A stretch of DNA of 64,000 bases, from the NCBI RefSeq assembly GCF_009914755.1, contig NC_060936.1; one strand, given 5' to 3'. The translations under genes and the position numbers were made by a program. The DNA comes from the human T2T-CHM13v2.0 reference genome, Homo sapiens. Shown here piece by piece: positions 43,546 to 58,910 of the stretch (positions within the stretch are counted from its first letter, which is position 1; every line of letters begins with the position of its first letter). Under the pieces are notes generated by a model. It was not told the DNA's origin and did no database searches. It saw only the letters and a program-made list of their open reading frames with translations.

Positions 43546-45094
43546 AGAGTGTAAGCAAATGGAATCAAATGAAATGTGAAGAGAGTCTGAGGAAACATGT
43601 AGCAGCAATAGGCAATGAGGCGGAGAGAAAGCGAGTATGAAGTAAGAAGAGGCATACAGAAAGATAAATACCCTGTTTCCAGAGAGGGCTAATGAAATCT
43701 GTTCTTTGCGCAAATCAAGTAAACAGCGTGTCCTCTAGTTCAGTCAATCAATGTTAATTTTAAATAGCTGAAACACAAATTATTATGCAGTTACTAATAT
43801 AAAATAAATGAACGAAATCACATAGGACTCCTTTAATAAAAGCTTAAAAGCAGGAGATTCAAATATAATTTGTATTTTCAATTTTGCTCTTCTAGTATGA
43901 GTCACTGACATTGTGGAGCTACCATGATATTATTCTGCTTTAAAAATTCCTTGAATTTATCGTTACTGTATTTGCAGTAGTCCTTTCCCGGATTCTTGTA
44001 AGTTTGGCTGCCGACTGCAGTGATAAGAGATATCTCTACACCTATAATCTAGACTCTGTTTTTCCTATACAAAATTTGAAAATATAGAGAACTTTAATCA
44101 TGGTATTGTGATTATTTTTCTTTGGCATTCTCTTTAGATGCAATTTCTGCTTTGGAAAAAATATTCGGGCTATCCATTTTCACCTGGGCATGGAAAAAAA
44201 GAGATGTCTTTATCAGACAAGCTGGTTCCTTTTTTGTTCCATTAAAATTAAACTGAGAGAGTTTTATAGCACAAAACAGATGGATTCACTTAAATAATTC
44301 CCCTGTAGTATTGTTTATTTTCTCTCTTTGATTGCCCAAAATTCCTTGTGTCTTGACACACATTTTCTCATGCTCTCAGGAACAAGGAATTAAAGGCCGA
44401 ATTACTCAAAGGAGTTGGCATTTTAGACTTTATTTTTAAAATTATATTTTTAATTTTTTGTTTTTAAATGTTTTGATTTTAAGTATTTCACATTAGGACA
44501 GTTTGAATCATTCAAAAATTTATATTTCATGAGCTATGTCTTCTTCCTGGAATCTGCTAAAATTACTCAAATATAAAGTGAAGATAAACATTAATATACT
44601 TGAGAGAATGCATGTTTATCGGAATCTCTTCACTCATGGGTGAGTGTGTAAATGTGTGAGTGTGCGATGTAAAATTAGATGAGATTTTCAAAGGTTTTAA
44701 CGGTCATCCCTCTAACTTTAGACATGATTACATTGAAAGCATTTTAGAAAATTTTAAAGACTTCCAAAGGTTATTCATCCCTATTCCTTAGACTGTCCTC
44801 TTTCTGTATCTGAAATAATTTATTTATAGTTTATCCTTTCTATAAAGAAAATTTGGTTATTATCTGCATTTATTTCCCTATCTTTTTGAAGACCGATACG
44901 GTCTTCAAAATATGCATGCACATCCTAATTCTTTCTGTTTTTAAACTTTAAGTAAACTAAGATAATGCACACTAGGAAAAATAGTAGTTTGGCTTTGGAA
45001 AAAAAAAAAAGAGAACTTATACTTTTATAACTTTAGCTTCTCACCTGCAGAATAGAAATATCCATGCTTCTCATGATTGTTGCCAAGAGTTACA

Positions 45095-45413
45095 CTTTTT
45101 TTATATTTATTTATTTATGTATTTTTTGTGAGATGGATTCTTGCTCTGTCGCCCAGGCTGGGGTGCAGCAGTGGTGGGATCTCAGCTCACTGCAACCTCT
45201 GCCTCCTGGGTTCAAGCAATTCTCCTGCCTCAGCCTCCTGAGTAGTGGGATTGCAGGCATGCACCACCACATCAGGCTAATTTTTGTATTTTTAGTAGAG
45301 ATGGGGTTTCACCATGTTGGCCAGGCTGGTCTCGAACTCCTGACCTCAAGTGATCTGCCCTCCTCGGCCTCCCAAAGTGCTAGGATTACAGGCATGAGCC
45401 ACCGCGCCTAGCC
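45095..45413 (-). mobile_element. AluS (Sx/Sz-like)
   Basis: Full antisense dimer; degenerate TSD GAGTTA(CA/TG)CTTTT. Confidence 0.9.
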
Positions 45414-45890
45414 GAGTTATGCTTTTAAAAGTGTTCAAAATATGTAGACAAACACTATAGAAGCAGAGCTTCTCTCTTACAGGTTTATTTTAAATTTCAT
45501 CCCAGGCAGTAAATTTGATGTCTTAAAATCTGCTTGTTTGTTTAAATTTAGTTAATCCGTGAGTTCCAAGAACTCTAATGGTTGTGTGAATTTTAAAATG
45601 TGTGTTTGAGAGTGAATTGCATGTATCTGAAGCAATCAGCTGGCAGCTACTAAAACTTAGCAATGAAAAAATCACTCTTCTCATAAATTGCCTTCAGAAA
45701 AAACAGGGTGTCAAGACAGAAATGGACAATGTTCTCATGGGCTTTGAACTATTGTTCTGTTAAAAAAAAAAAAAAAAAACTGTGTAGAAAACTGTCCCAA
45801 AACTCACAGTTTACTATGAGAACAGCTAAGGAATTGCCTAACACAGTGTCTATCAGGAATCTCTTTTTCTTATGACACAGCAATTACTTT

Positions 45891-45953
45891 TAATTGCTGT
45901 TTTTGCAATTACTTTTCATTGCAAAAACCACAATTACTTTTGCACCAACCTAA
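45891..45953. mobile_element. MADE1 (Hsmar1-derived MITE) lacking its left terminus
   Basis: GCAAAAACCACAATTACTTTTGCACCAACCTAA followed by TA matches the MADE1 right TIR. Confidence 0.88.
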
Positions 45954-45959
45954 TAAAAC

Positions 45960-46440
45960 TTTGCCCTGGCCCTACCCAACCCTATCCAGACTTGCCCAGC
46001 AACCTCTCTGACCACGTTCCCTGCCCCTCTTTTTGCTTTTTGCTAAGCTGCCAGCCACTGACCTCCTGACTGCTCCTCTGACATCCCCCAGGTATGTCCC
46101 TCTTTCCTGAACATGCTTTCCCCAGCTACTTCTCTAAATGTCTTCTGTATTTCATGAGGCCTCTATTCAAATTTTACCCACCCCCACCCTTTCCCAGCCA
46201 GAGAGGCCTTCTCAGTCCATCTTATCTAAAGAGCATTTCTGTTCTTCCCTGCCTTCTACTCTGTGCATTGTTTTCTTCCTATTACTTGAATTTAAGTTAA
46301 TTTTCTTTTTTATTGACTTTAGTTTTTAGTTTCTGTCTCCCCTAAAAAAGTGGGAGCTCCATTAGAGCAGGGTTTTTATTTTATAACCTACTCCATCCGT
46401 GGAGCAAGACTCACAATAACTACTTGTTGGATGAAGAAAT
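45960..46440 (+). mobile_element. L2 3' part
   Basis: CAGAGAGGCCTTCTC-like segment, GGGAGCTCCATTAGAGCAGGG and TACTTGTTGGATGAA terminus. Confidence 0.65.
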
Positions 46441-48497
46441 CATTGAGATACTCAGTACAGATACCTCGGTAAACTTTCTACCACATCATACTAGGATTCA
46501 GCTCCTTAACGGCTACAGTGCCTTTCTAAGATTATCTGGAGTCCCTGTCTAAATCCAAAAAGTGGTCAAAACTAGACCAACCCTTTTTAACCTTTACATC
46601 AGAGCACCCATATATGTGTAATAGTATTTGTGAATATCGTAGCATTAGAGAAATGGGAAGGGATTTCAAGTTTGAAAACTAGACTTCCTTTATTTTATAA
46701 AATTATAATAAGAAAAACTAATTATGAGCTATTAGAGATAATATTAAAAATTGAGTTTTTTCTAGAGTTTCCAAATAAAATATTTCCTTTTTTAAAAATA
46801 TTTTCAACCATTAAATAATTCACAGCAAACTTATAACCCACTTGCTGTGCAGAATCATACATTGACTGGGAAATTCTGAGTTAAAACCTTTGTGAACTTA
46901 ATTTTTTGTTTTGTTTTTGGCTCAGGATACTATGTAATGTGAAGGTTTGTCGTTATCTTTGGAAAAATAAATGAGTCTTTTTAATAGACGTAGAAACCGA
47001 AATAAAAACCATCAGGCATGACGTAAGGAGCAATGCAAACGCTGCCTAATACGCCATGGGTTTTACTTCCCCCTTGGATAGTCTCTGATAGAGGTACTGG
47101 TTTATAAGCTGCATTTTACTAAGAGTAGCTGGGTTTACTCTATATTCTCCCATGTACTAGTACTGTGACCTTGGGAGGGTTTTTTAACCTCTCTGGGTCT
47201 AAGTGGTTTCGTTTGCTTAGTATAAAGGCTGGGAGGGGGTTGAGCTGCTGATTAGGAACTAACAATAGATATGTTGAGAAAGAACTAGAAGGGGTTGCTG
47301 CTCTTCACACTGAAGCAAGGGGAGAGTGAGATTTCTCATCTTTAACAACAACAACGACAAAAAGAAATAACAGCGCCAACAAGAAATTAAAAAGAAAATT
47401 ACACACGAACACACAAAATCGTTCAACAAACTTAATATTCTTTTCAGTGGACCAGAAAACCTTTGGTATGACAACTCAAACTTTTGAGGAAGCTGGATCC
47501 TGGAAGCAAACTTTGCTGTAAGCCAGCTGCCAGCTAACCACACACATAATTTGATGATGTGAAGGTGGATGGCTGTAAATGTTCCTAAGTGGTGAGAAAT
47601 AGACAACGACTTTTAATAATTTCATTTCATTTGCCCTACATTACATTGTTCAGCCATAAAATCATGAAAACCAGTAAGCAGGTTGTTAGGCAGAAGTTAT
47701 TTCTCTCCTTTTTTCCATTTTAACTGCAGGCTGCCTTCTCTGTGTTTGGGAGAGAGTAACTTCAAAAGACATCGTCCTGGTCTTCCAACAGCCACGCTTT
47801 GAAATATAAGCCAGTATCCTGTAAAATTCTTACAATCTAGAGTAAATACAGACAGTTTGGCCCAAATACCCATACTTGAAATGGAAACTTTAGGTCTATT
47901 GTTTGCTCTGAAATGGATTATATTACATTTTAAAATGTTTTCTTCAAAAATTATTTTGATCAAAGCACTCTTTCACACCGAAAGGTCTTATTTCACTGAA
48001 ACTGCGAATGGTTAAGAAGGTTAATTTCCTCTCAGTAATGCATCTTCTGTATTTACATATTTTAAGCATCTGATGCCTGCTGAACTCTGCCCCCAGATAC
48101 TGGTTAACGTTTAAAACAATAGCAGATCCTGTTCCTGCTAAAACCTTCACAACCTAAGAGAAAGTAAACACATGAGAAAATTTTAACTATTATTTCCATG
48201 TCAGAATGACAAGAAGAAACAAAAATGGGAGGAGAAAATAATATCCTTCTGTCCTGAAGTTACTCCACGACACCAGGGCTTTGGCTGTATGTGCCAACAT
48301 TGCCACTATTTTTTTTATGATGATTCATTCCTCCCATTTAATGCTGTGGAGACACCCCAACCACACTGGCTTCAGATGTTGGTATGTGGAGGAGGCCAGC
48401 CCGGTGACCTGAGCAGGCACGTGGTTGTTACTGAGTTTGTAAGAGTCCAGGTGAAGTTCAACAGTTGCAATTTTGCATTTTAAAGACATTTGTTTAG

Positions 48498-48743
<246 letters not shown>

Positions 48744-51545
48744 TAAGGATTTTTTATGAACTGAAGTTTAATAATAAAACCGATGATAGTTTTCCCCTAG
48801 AAATACCTACCACCAGCCCACGCAGCTTGGGGTAGGTTTGCCAAAGTATTAGACAACCAAGTATAGGATAATGTGATTTGTGTTGAATAGGCTACAATAA
48901 AAACTTATGTTTTAGTAGTTTTCTATTAATGAAGTTTAGAATCCATGCAGTTCATACAGCCAATCTTTAGAGAGGATACAAAACTGTTAGCTGTATATGT
49001 TGCCTGTTTGCTGATGGGGAATATAGAAAATATATAACTAAAAAATGATATCAAGTATTCTGTTGTAATTCTTCATTTTGTTGGAATGTTTGTACTTGTT
49101 CTCCAGGGAATGGGTTACATTGATATTAGGCATATTTAATTGTCAGTTTGCATTTCCCATTTTTGCAATTTTAAAATGTGAGAATAATACATTGCACAGG
49201 ATGGCTGGACTCAAATAGTTCTCTGAATGAAATTTAAGCAATTGTATGTGCTATTCTATCATGTTGAAACAAAATTACAAAGTGTTATCTATCACAGAGT
49301 TTAAGAAAAAAATGGCCTAGCATGGCTGGAGTAATTATTTTGCCAATGTTGTCACGAAGAAATAATTATCTCTTCTTACTGGTTAATGTATTTTTATTGT
49401 TCTTCAGTAACAGCTTGAATAATTTATCTTAAAGCATTATGATATTTTTTAAGTAGAAAAACAGTTGAGTGTTTTTAACTATGAGAGTACCTTGAATAAA
49501 ACAGTATTTCATTTCTGAGGTTGATGAGGATAACTATTTGAATAAATGAGTAACTTGTTGGTTTTCTAGTATCAAATATTACCTCATAGACTCAGATTTT
49601 TTCATTGTATTCAGCTTTAAGAAATAGCAACTTATATTAAGCCTCATAATTTTCATTTTCATATTTTTTACTCATAAGTTCTGTAAATTAAATGAATGTT
49701 ATTTATAATTTTTATTTTTACCTCCTTTATCTTTACCGGCATTTTTACATGAGAAATTATTTTCATTCGTTTGCCCAGAGCCAAAGTTATTCTACTATGC
49801 AAAAGTTATTCTGCTGCCCTCTATGAGTTTTTTAATAAAATAATTTCTGCAGGATATTAATCTCATCTCTTTTCCACAAAAGAGCAAGTTCTGTAGTAAA
49901 ATATTCAGAAGATATATCATACATCCCTGTTAGAAATTCACAACACACATGGCTTTATTAAAACCTCTGAGAAGCTCTGTTAAAAGAATCCCTCTTTATT
50001 TATTTTTGTTGTTTCATTTAGTGTTTTCTGAATTTATTCGACCACAGAACCAATTTCTTTGGGTTAACACCCAAGAATTGCCCATGGATCGAATGTTTGG
50101 CAGAACACAATTAAGAAGCATTGTTTTATTGTATGCACCCTGAGCCAAGATGAAGCCCAGTGGAGTAATCTTCATCAAGGACATCTGGGTTCAGCATTTT
50201 TAGGGAGAGTCTCCCACTGTGGGTTCCGGACTTTTGGGAAATAAGTCCCCTAAAGAAAGGAGAGAGATGTTCAGAAAAGCTCTACCACTCACGCAGCTTT
50301 TTTCATCATAGTGTATTTTTTTTTTTTTTTTTGTATTCTTAGCAGGAAGAATGTAATGGGATTTGTATAAAAGGTTTCAGAGAAAAACAAGAGGATTTCA
50401 CTGTCTACTTGTTCAGTAATGTTTATAAATCCAGTAGTGTGTGTTTTATTTGTTTGGGCTTTATAAATCTGTAATTCAAACCAGGTTTTATTATTGCCTT
50501 AAAGGCAGCCACCCATGTAGGCACAGAGAGCTCCAGAAACACACAACTAATTGTTGTGGTTTCCCCCTGCTGAACTTGAAGAGTTTGGCGTTGAATCCCA
50601 GTCTCTTGGCTGCTGTAATGTCTATGCAACAAGCTATTTTTCTGGCATGAGAGCTGGCATATTTGAAGTACTAATTTAAATGGTCCTTTTAGGTATTATT
50701 TTGCAATGAAAAAGTTTAAGGCTAATAAACTCGACTTCTCCTGAGCTTCGTCTGAGAATGTAAGCCTACCAATTGCATCTCCTTTCTTTTCCCTTTTTGT
50801 CCTATCATTTTCTTTTTATTCTCTAACCCAAACTGACAGATTTAATAATTAGAAATATTTTACAGGTAACGTTTTTCTATTTACACTCAAGGGTTGAAAA
50901 GTAAAGTTACTTAGTATGCAGATACGGTCTACCTACCTCTTCTCTTAGTGCACACACGAGCACAATTCAGGAAAAAAAATGATGAGTTATTTAAGATATT
51001 AAACAATAAGCTATCACTACTTTTTTCATTTTAGAGTGGGTAGTCTGTGGTTAAATAACAAACAAAAAAATCCCCTGAGACCCTTTGTAATATCAGTCAG
51101 AAGGAAAGAACCCAGCAGCAAATGCAGAATCAAAATCTAATCATGAAGTTTCTAAACAAGACAGAAGAGGGAAGAGCCAGTTTATGGCCTGTGCCAGGCC
51201 ATTTGTGGGGTTACTGTTTAATATTTAAAACAGTCAAACTTCATTCCTCCAACACCCTCTGTTAGAGGGCATTGCTCACCTCTCTTACCTTTGTTTTTCT
51301 TGGTGGTTTACGGTACATCTAGGGCCTGTTTCTCTCAACCAGCATCCTATGTAGTCAGTCATCAAAATGCACCCCTCTTTTGTTCATTTCCTTAGGGCCT
51401 TAACAAGTAACTGATCGATCTGAAAAAAAGAAGTCAATTTTTATTTTTTAGCAAAACATAAAATTCATATACTATCATTCTATTTCAACCTATGCTGTCT
51501 TAAAGTTCTGTTTAGACATAAAAATATCATAACCCAATTAAATAA

Positions 51546-51882
<337 letters not shown>

Positions 51883-52310
51883 CATAATGAGGCTTTTAAG
51901 CCGACAGAAAGGTATTTATTGGGGAAGATAACTTTTGTCTAAATATAGGTCAACACCTGCAAAATGGCTACTATAAGTAGGTAGCAGCCTATACCAGTAT
52001 TCTCTAAATAATCTAACAAAATTTTACCATCACTTTCACCTCAAATATGATCTAGATAAAGGAGGAGGAGAATGAGAGTCAAATGAACTTTCTAATCCTT
52101 TGTATTGATTACTCTCTCACAAAAAAGAAAGTAGTACACTGCATATCAGCATTTATGTATCAAACAAAATGCATATTTTCACAAAACAAATAAGCAGAAG
52201 GTAGAAATATTTGACTATTGTTGTTTATCTTAATGTATACATAGATGGTATGTGCCTATGACTTTTTGAAAAGAGGAGGCTACACCTATAGCTCTTCCAA
52301 TATTTTTTAG

Positions 52311-52396
52311 CTGTGGCAGACCATATTCCCAAGGGAATCCTGCTGATGAGCCCCTGGAGAGAAGTGGGGTAGCCACTCGGACACCAAGTAGAACAG
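52311..52396 (+). CDS. PDE3A: PDE3A coding exon 7 (86 nt)
   Basis: tattttttag| acceptor, G|gtaatt donor; (S)[28 protein letters not shown](D). Confidence 0.96.
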
Positions 52397-52501
52397 GTAA
52401 TTCATTGTTTTGGATTCTGTTGCCCAAAATGGAAATTGCCTTATTTTTGTTTTCCTGATCAAAACAGTGACCTACATTTCTGATATTTTGTGGGGCGCTG
52501 G

Positions 52502-52617
52502 GAGACGGGGTCTCATGATGTTGGTCAGGTCGGTCTCAAACTCCTGGCCTCAAGTGATCCTCCCGCCTCAGCCTCTTGAAGTACTAGGATTACAGGCATG
52601 AGCCACTGTGCCCAGCC
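52502..52617 (-). mobile_element. Alu left monomer (FLAM_C-like)
   Basis: Single monomer CTCCTGGCCTCAAGTGATCCTCCCGCCTCAGCC. Confidence 0.85.
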
Positions 52618-53362
52618 TGATTTTTTAAATTATAGATTTAAAAGGACAAGGGAGAAAATTAAAATCATCTGTACTCCTACTCTCTAGAGTTAATCATTGG
52701 TAAAGTTTGGGTGCAAAGCTTTCCAAAATTTTTTAATACATTTATACATGTGTATATTTTTAAAACACAAGAGGCCATTTTATATAATATATAGAACTAT
52801 ATAGAAATATTATTTTATCTTGCTACTTCTGACATTGGAAGTACTTTAAGTGGTTCCCAAAACATAGCAAATACTCAATAAACTTCCTTCAGGCACCTTA
52901 GTCAGCTATGAGAAATGTCACAGTTGCTCAGAGAGGATAGACTTCAGACTCTGGGTGTTTACTGATTGGTCTTTTAGTTAGCACAGTTTACTGCTGACTG
53001 AAATGGCGACAGTGAAGAAGGACAGATGAGGAAGGAAGCCACAGGATTCCAAGAAATAGGATTGGATACATAGGATTGCCCATGCTCCCAAGCATATGCC
53101 ATCACTCTGTGCTACACAGAGAACTTTATTCCTGGGTGTGTCAACTCAGTTTCTCCCACCTCACGTGCCCGTTCTAGAGTGTTTTAGTCACTCAGTGGTT
53201 TAATGTATAGGGAGAGAAATAGAGAAAAAAGAAACATAAAGCTGTAGGATTTGTTAAAGGTATGAACTGTTGATCTAAAAAATATTATTGAGGGGTTATT
53301 GAATGTCATGCGGATTACAGATTATAATTTCCATCTGTTTTACTTTGTTAAGAGATGTGTGA

Positions 53363-53707
<345 letters not shown>

Positions 53708-53756
53708 TGAGAGATGAGCTTCTGTTACAGATATTGGCTCAGAAATGAATCTTTGA

Positions 53757-54389
<633 letters not shown>

Positions 54390-55708
54390 GAAATTAATCT
54401 CTGAAACATGAGATTTACAGATGTATTTCATCCGGATTAAACATGTATTACAGCCCTTCCCATACATATCAATATATTTTTTCTCTTTCCAAGCATTATT
54501 GGTCTCTTAATGGTTCTATTATCTGGTGATTAGAAGCATAAGTATTTATAGTTATACAATAATTGCAGATATTTATTAACCCAATCAAAAAGTAAATATA
54601 GGAAAATGTATTATTTCATTCCTTAAAACAATATTTTATAAAGAAAGAAAAGAAAGATGAAGGAAGGGAGGGAAGAAGATATTCATTGTCTTAGGGCATC
54701 TGCTGGTTTTCTCTAGTATCTCCTTGACTTAGAACATGAACCAATATTTGTTTTTCTTGTCATATTGTCAGGCATATATTGGCACTAGCCACCTATTAAA
54801 ATATTCTTTAATGATTACTTACTTTGTGTATTTAAAAAGATCCATTTAAGGAGGATGGAAGCATATATTTGAGTCAGCTTCATTTTGGGGAGGTGGCAAG
54901 TGGTAGAAAACTGTTGACTCTCAAGTGATCATCAATGGCTGCTATTATCATTTTTCTTTTACTGTATTTACTGTTTGTATTTCTAAGTCAGAGAGATCGT
55001 CAGGTAAAATAATGTATATGTTTCCCTATCCTCATTCTCTTTCTTCTTTTTTGGCAAATGTACTCTTAAGAACATCCTCGTTTGGGACCAATTATAAAAA
55101 ACCTTTACTTTTACGTAGTACATGTTTCTCAAGAAACAGTAGGTCACATGAAATAAATTAAAATCCCTAAAAAATATGGCAATTGTTATTCTATAGGATT
55201 AATGTCCATTTTAAAGCATTAATATAAACTTAATTAATAATAGTAGGAATGATCAGGTCCTACTACTCATGGATTTCTTTTGAGAGCTTAATTTAAGGAG
55301 GGAACCCTCATCTCAGAAAAATTTACATGACTATGTAGAGATATAAATTTACATGTAATTTCAGAATATTCTGAAGTCTTTAAAACTTTATTTAAGAACC
55401 TTGCAGTAGTCCCAAAGTAGTTATACTAACTTATAGAAGAAACATCCGTGTTTTTGCTGGAGTGTATATGGACCAGTGATAGGCAAGCACCTAATAGTGC
55501 AAAATTTATATCTGAAATGGCATTTGTTCCTTTCCTTCTTACTTTGGCGTCAATGTCTCGTTCATGTTGACTTTTTTAAGCAAAGATCACTTATTCACCT
55601 TGGAGTTTTAAGTCATTTATTTCCGATAGCCACAGTTGTTATTGAATTTAGCAAAGCACAAATTGCCCTGTAGAAAAACTGCATGCTGTTTAAGTATTTT
55701 AATGTTAA

Positions 55709-55924
<216 letters not shown>

Positions 55925-58430
55925 TAAATTCTTGACACTTGTGGATAGGTGTTATGTGGAGAAAGGAAGTTTTAGAACACAACATTCTGTAGATTCCTTG
56001 CTGTGTGTTAACAAAAGAAACTGGAACTTCAAGTGAGTCGAGTGTCATATTCTACAATTAAAATATGATATATTTTTAAAGACAAAGTAGGTGGGGATAG
56101 AGATATATAGACAAGGGACAAACGATCTAGAATTCATAGAATTAAGCAAAAGAAAATCTGACACAAGCCTCTAAAAGAAGAAAACTGCCTATTTAGAGAT
56201 ACTAATTTATTGTCTGTAATTATTTTTGATGACTTTTTAAAAACTTTTGAATATTACAGAGCTTAGGCCTTATCAAAGATAATACATTGTGCCAAAATGT
56301 GTTTCCTCCTAGTGTTATGAAAAACACATCACATAGAGTTATAGAATAATACTGTTGCTGCATAACCAGCCTTTGAGTATTGTTTTCTTTAGGCTAGACT
56401 ACTCTCAAGGCTTTTCACATAAATAATTACTTGTTTTGCTGAAGAAGAAAGAAAACATGTAGAAATTAAGAATTTGAAAATGTTTGTTTTAAACCATAAA
56501 ACAAAATGATGGATTTGCTGTACTATGGAATAGCTATCGAAATACACACCCTTAATTAAATAAAGAGGATGGTGTGATAATATGTATCAGCTTATCTTCA
56601 CATGTTTTAGGTGTATTCTTATAAATTTGAATAAGTATCACAGCAGAGATAGTAAAGACCATCAAACTTGTGAATATAAGACTTAGGTAAGAATTCAAGA
56701 CCCAACCCAGATCTACTGGGGCCACTAACACTTCTCTGCAAAACAATAGAAGAGAAATCACTGAAATGCTGATTTCTATGCAGTGCATCAGAGATGAGCT
56801 TTCTTTGGACCACTCAACACATGTCTCAATGTGGAACTTCGTTTGGGGTGAGAATCCTAATCTGTGAAGATTGAAGGGAAAAGATAGCAGGCCTTTCTTC
56901 TAGTGTTTGATTCTACAAGCACATATGGCTGTCTAGTCTAGGGGTACACTAACATTATTGATGGAATATAAGACACAAAATTCTTACAAAGTCTGTAAAA
57001 TATTCAATTATTGCCTCTGCTAGACTCTATTCTGTCCATCACCATGTTGAGGAATATAATGGCAGCCCTTGCACTTTGCTAGGAGTTGAGAGTCCTGTTC
57101 CTCTTCCCTTCCTTTCTTCTTGGTGCTAAGCAATGTCTCTTACACTAGCTGATCTTCAGGACAGATTTAAGGGTAGCTGTTCAGTCCAATTCACCTTAGC
57201 CTCATACTTTAGGGATCCCCCTGGGAGATTGTGTATTTTCTTTCTGAAACCCATGGAAAACTGCAACTTTGAGGGAGTGATCTTTCCTGCAAATAAGCCT
57301 GTAACGGTGCCACAGGATGTGGCAATGAGTCAGGAAGCATTTTCTCTCTTGTTTTTATTTTTTTGCTAGGGAGTGTGTTCCCTGGTATAGAGAGACACAT
57401 CTCATCTCATTTTATATTTGATGTATATCTCACAGACTCTCGAAAACTTAATCTTCATAGTAACTTTAGTGCAGGTTTTTTTTTTAAATATGTATTTTAT
57501 AGAAGAAGAAACTAAGGCTTAAAAGAGGCTATGCTACTCTTCTAAAGTCATATAGTAAATATTCAACCCAGGATTCCAAAGCAGATTTATCCATATCAGA
57601 AGCCTAGGGCTTTTACATTCATTCAATTGCTTCTCATATCTTCATAAAACACCTTGACTTATTATGTCTTCAAGTTCTCCAAATGAGGATTCATACCTAG
57701 TAGAAAAGTGGTTATGATAGCAGTCAGTTTTACAGCACAAATGACAGCATACAGAATTTCATTACAGGTACCAACCACTCCCTTGAAGTTCTGTGAGCTG
57801 GGAATGGGAGAAAACAATTTGACCAAAATTGCTACAAAATATTTTCTAAGAGTCATGGATACCAGTAGACAATAAAAAGATTAAGGATAATTAACAATTA
57901 GATCCATGCAAAATTCAATAATGTATCTTTTGTTCCAATCATGTTCCAAAAACAGAGTAATATATTGATATATGATCCTTATTAGTCACTGTTTATGTTC
58001 CTAATTTCCCAGACATTAAACTTTGAACAAATGTAGTTTCATATGACTTGCTAAGTAGAACTTTTTGGGATTTTTCCTTTTATTTGAGTTTATAAGAACA
58101 AAAATCATGAAATTTTCATTATGGAAAATATGTATATATTTTTGCCATAGTGAGACTTTAGGACAGCTGAAATGAATTAATGTGAACATTCCAATAAATC
58201 ACCTTTTGGCTGAGACTAAATGGAAAAAGTCTCATTTCAAAAGATTTTTAAGGAGACATGTGCAATGGAAATAAGTTCTCAGTTTCAATATACAGCCTGC
58301 CTTTTGATGACTATCATTTTAACCAACTTAAAAGGACACCCTTCAGATTTTGAAAAGGCATTTAATGTTTTCCGTTACCGATATTTACCTAGTTTCACCA
58401 CTGTTCTCTTTATGTCTGACATACACATAG

Positions 58431-58586
<156 letters not shown>

Positions 58587-58699
58587 TGATTTGTGAAATA
58601 ATACTTTTAAAATATGTCGAATTTGCTGTGGGTAAATGGGATAGTGAATCATTAGCAGGTAGCACAGAATTACACATGGTAGACGCTCAATATGGAGAC

Positions 58700-58910
58700 A
58701 TCATATGGTGATTAGGAAATATCGCCTGTGTGTTAGAATCCTGGCCCCTTTACTTTTCAGCTGTGTGAGACCCTAGGGTTTACTTAAGCTCTACATGCCT
58801 CATTTCTTAGTTCATAAAATGAGAATTATAGTACCTGATTCATATGATTGTTAGGATCAAATAAGATTATAATTTTAAAGAGGTTATTTTAGTGCCTAGC
58901 ACACAGTAAG
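58700..58910 (+). mobile_element. MIR
   Basis: GAATCCTGGC...CAGCTGTGTGAGACC...ATAAAATGAGAATTATAGTACC...GTGCCTAGCACACAGTAAG. Confidence 0.75.

Noticed and set aside
45891-45953. miR-548 family gene
   Set aside because: The left arm is truncated and there is no expression evidence; reported only as MADE1
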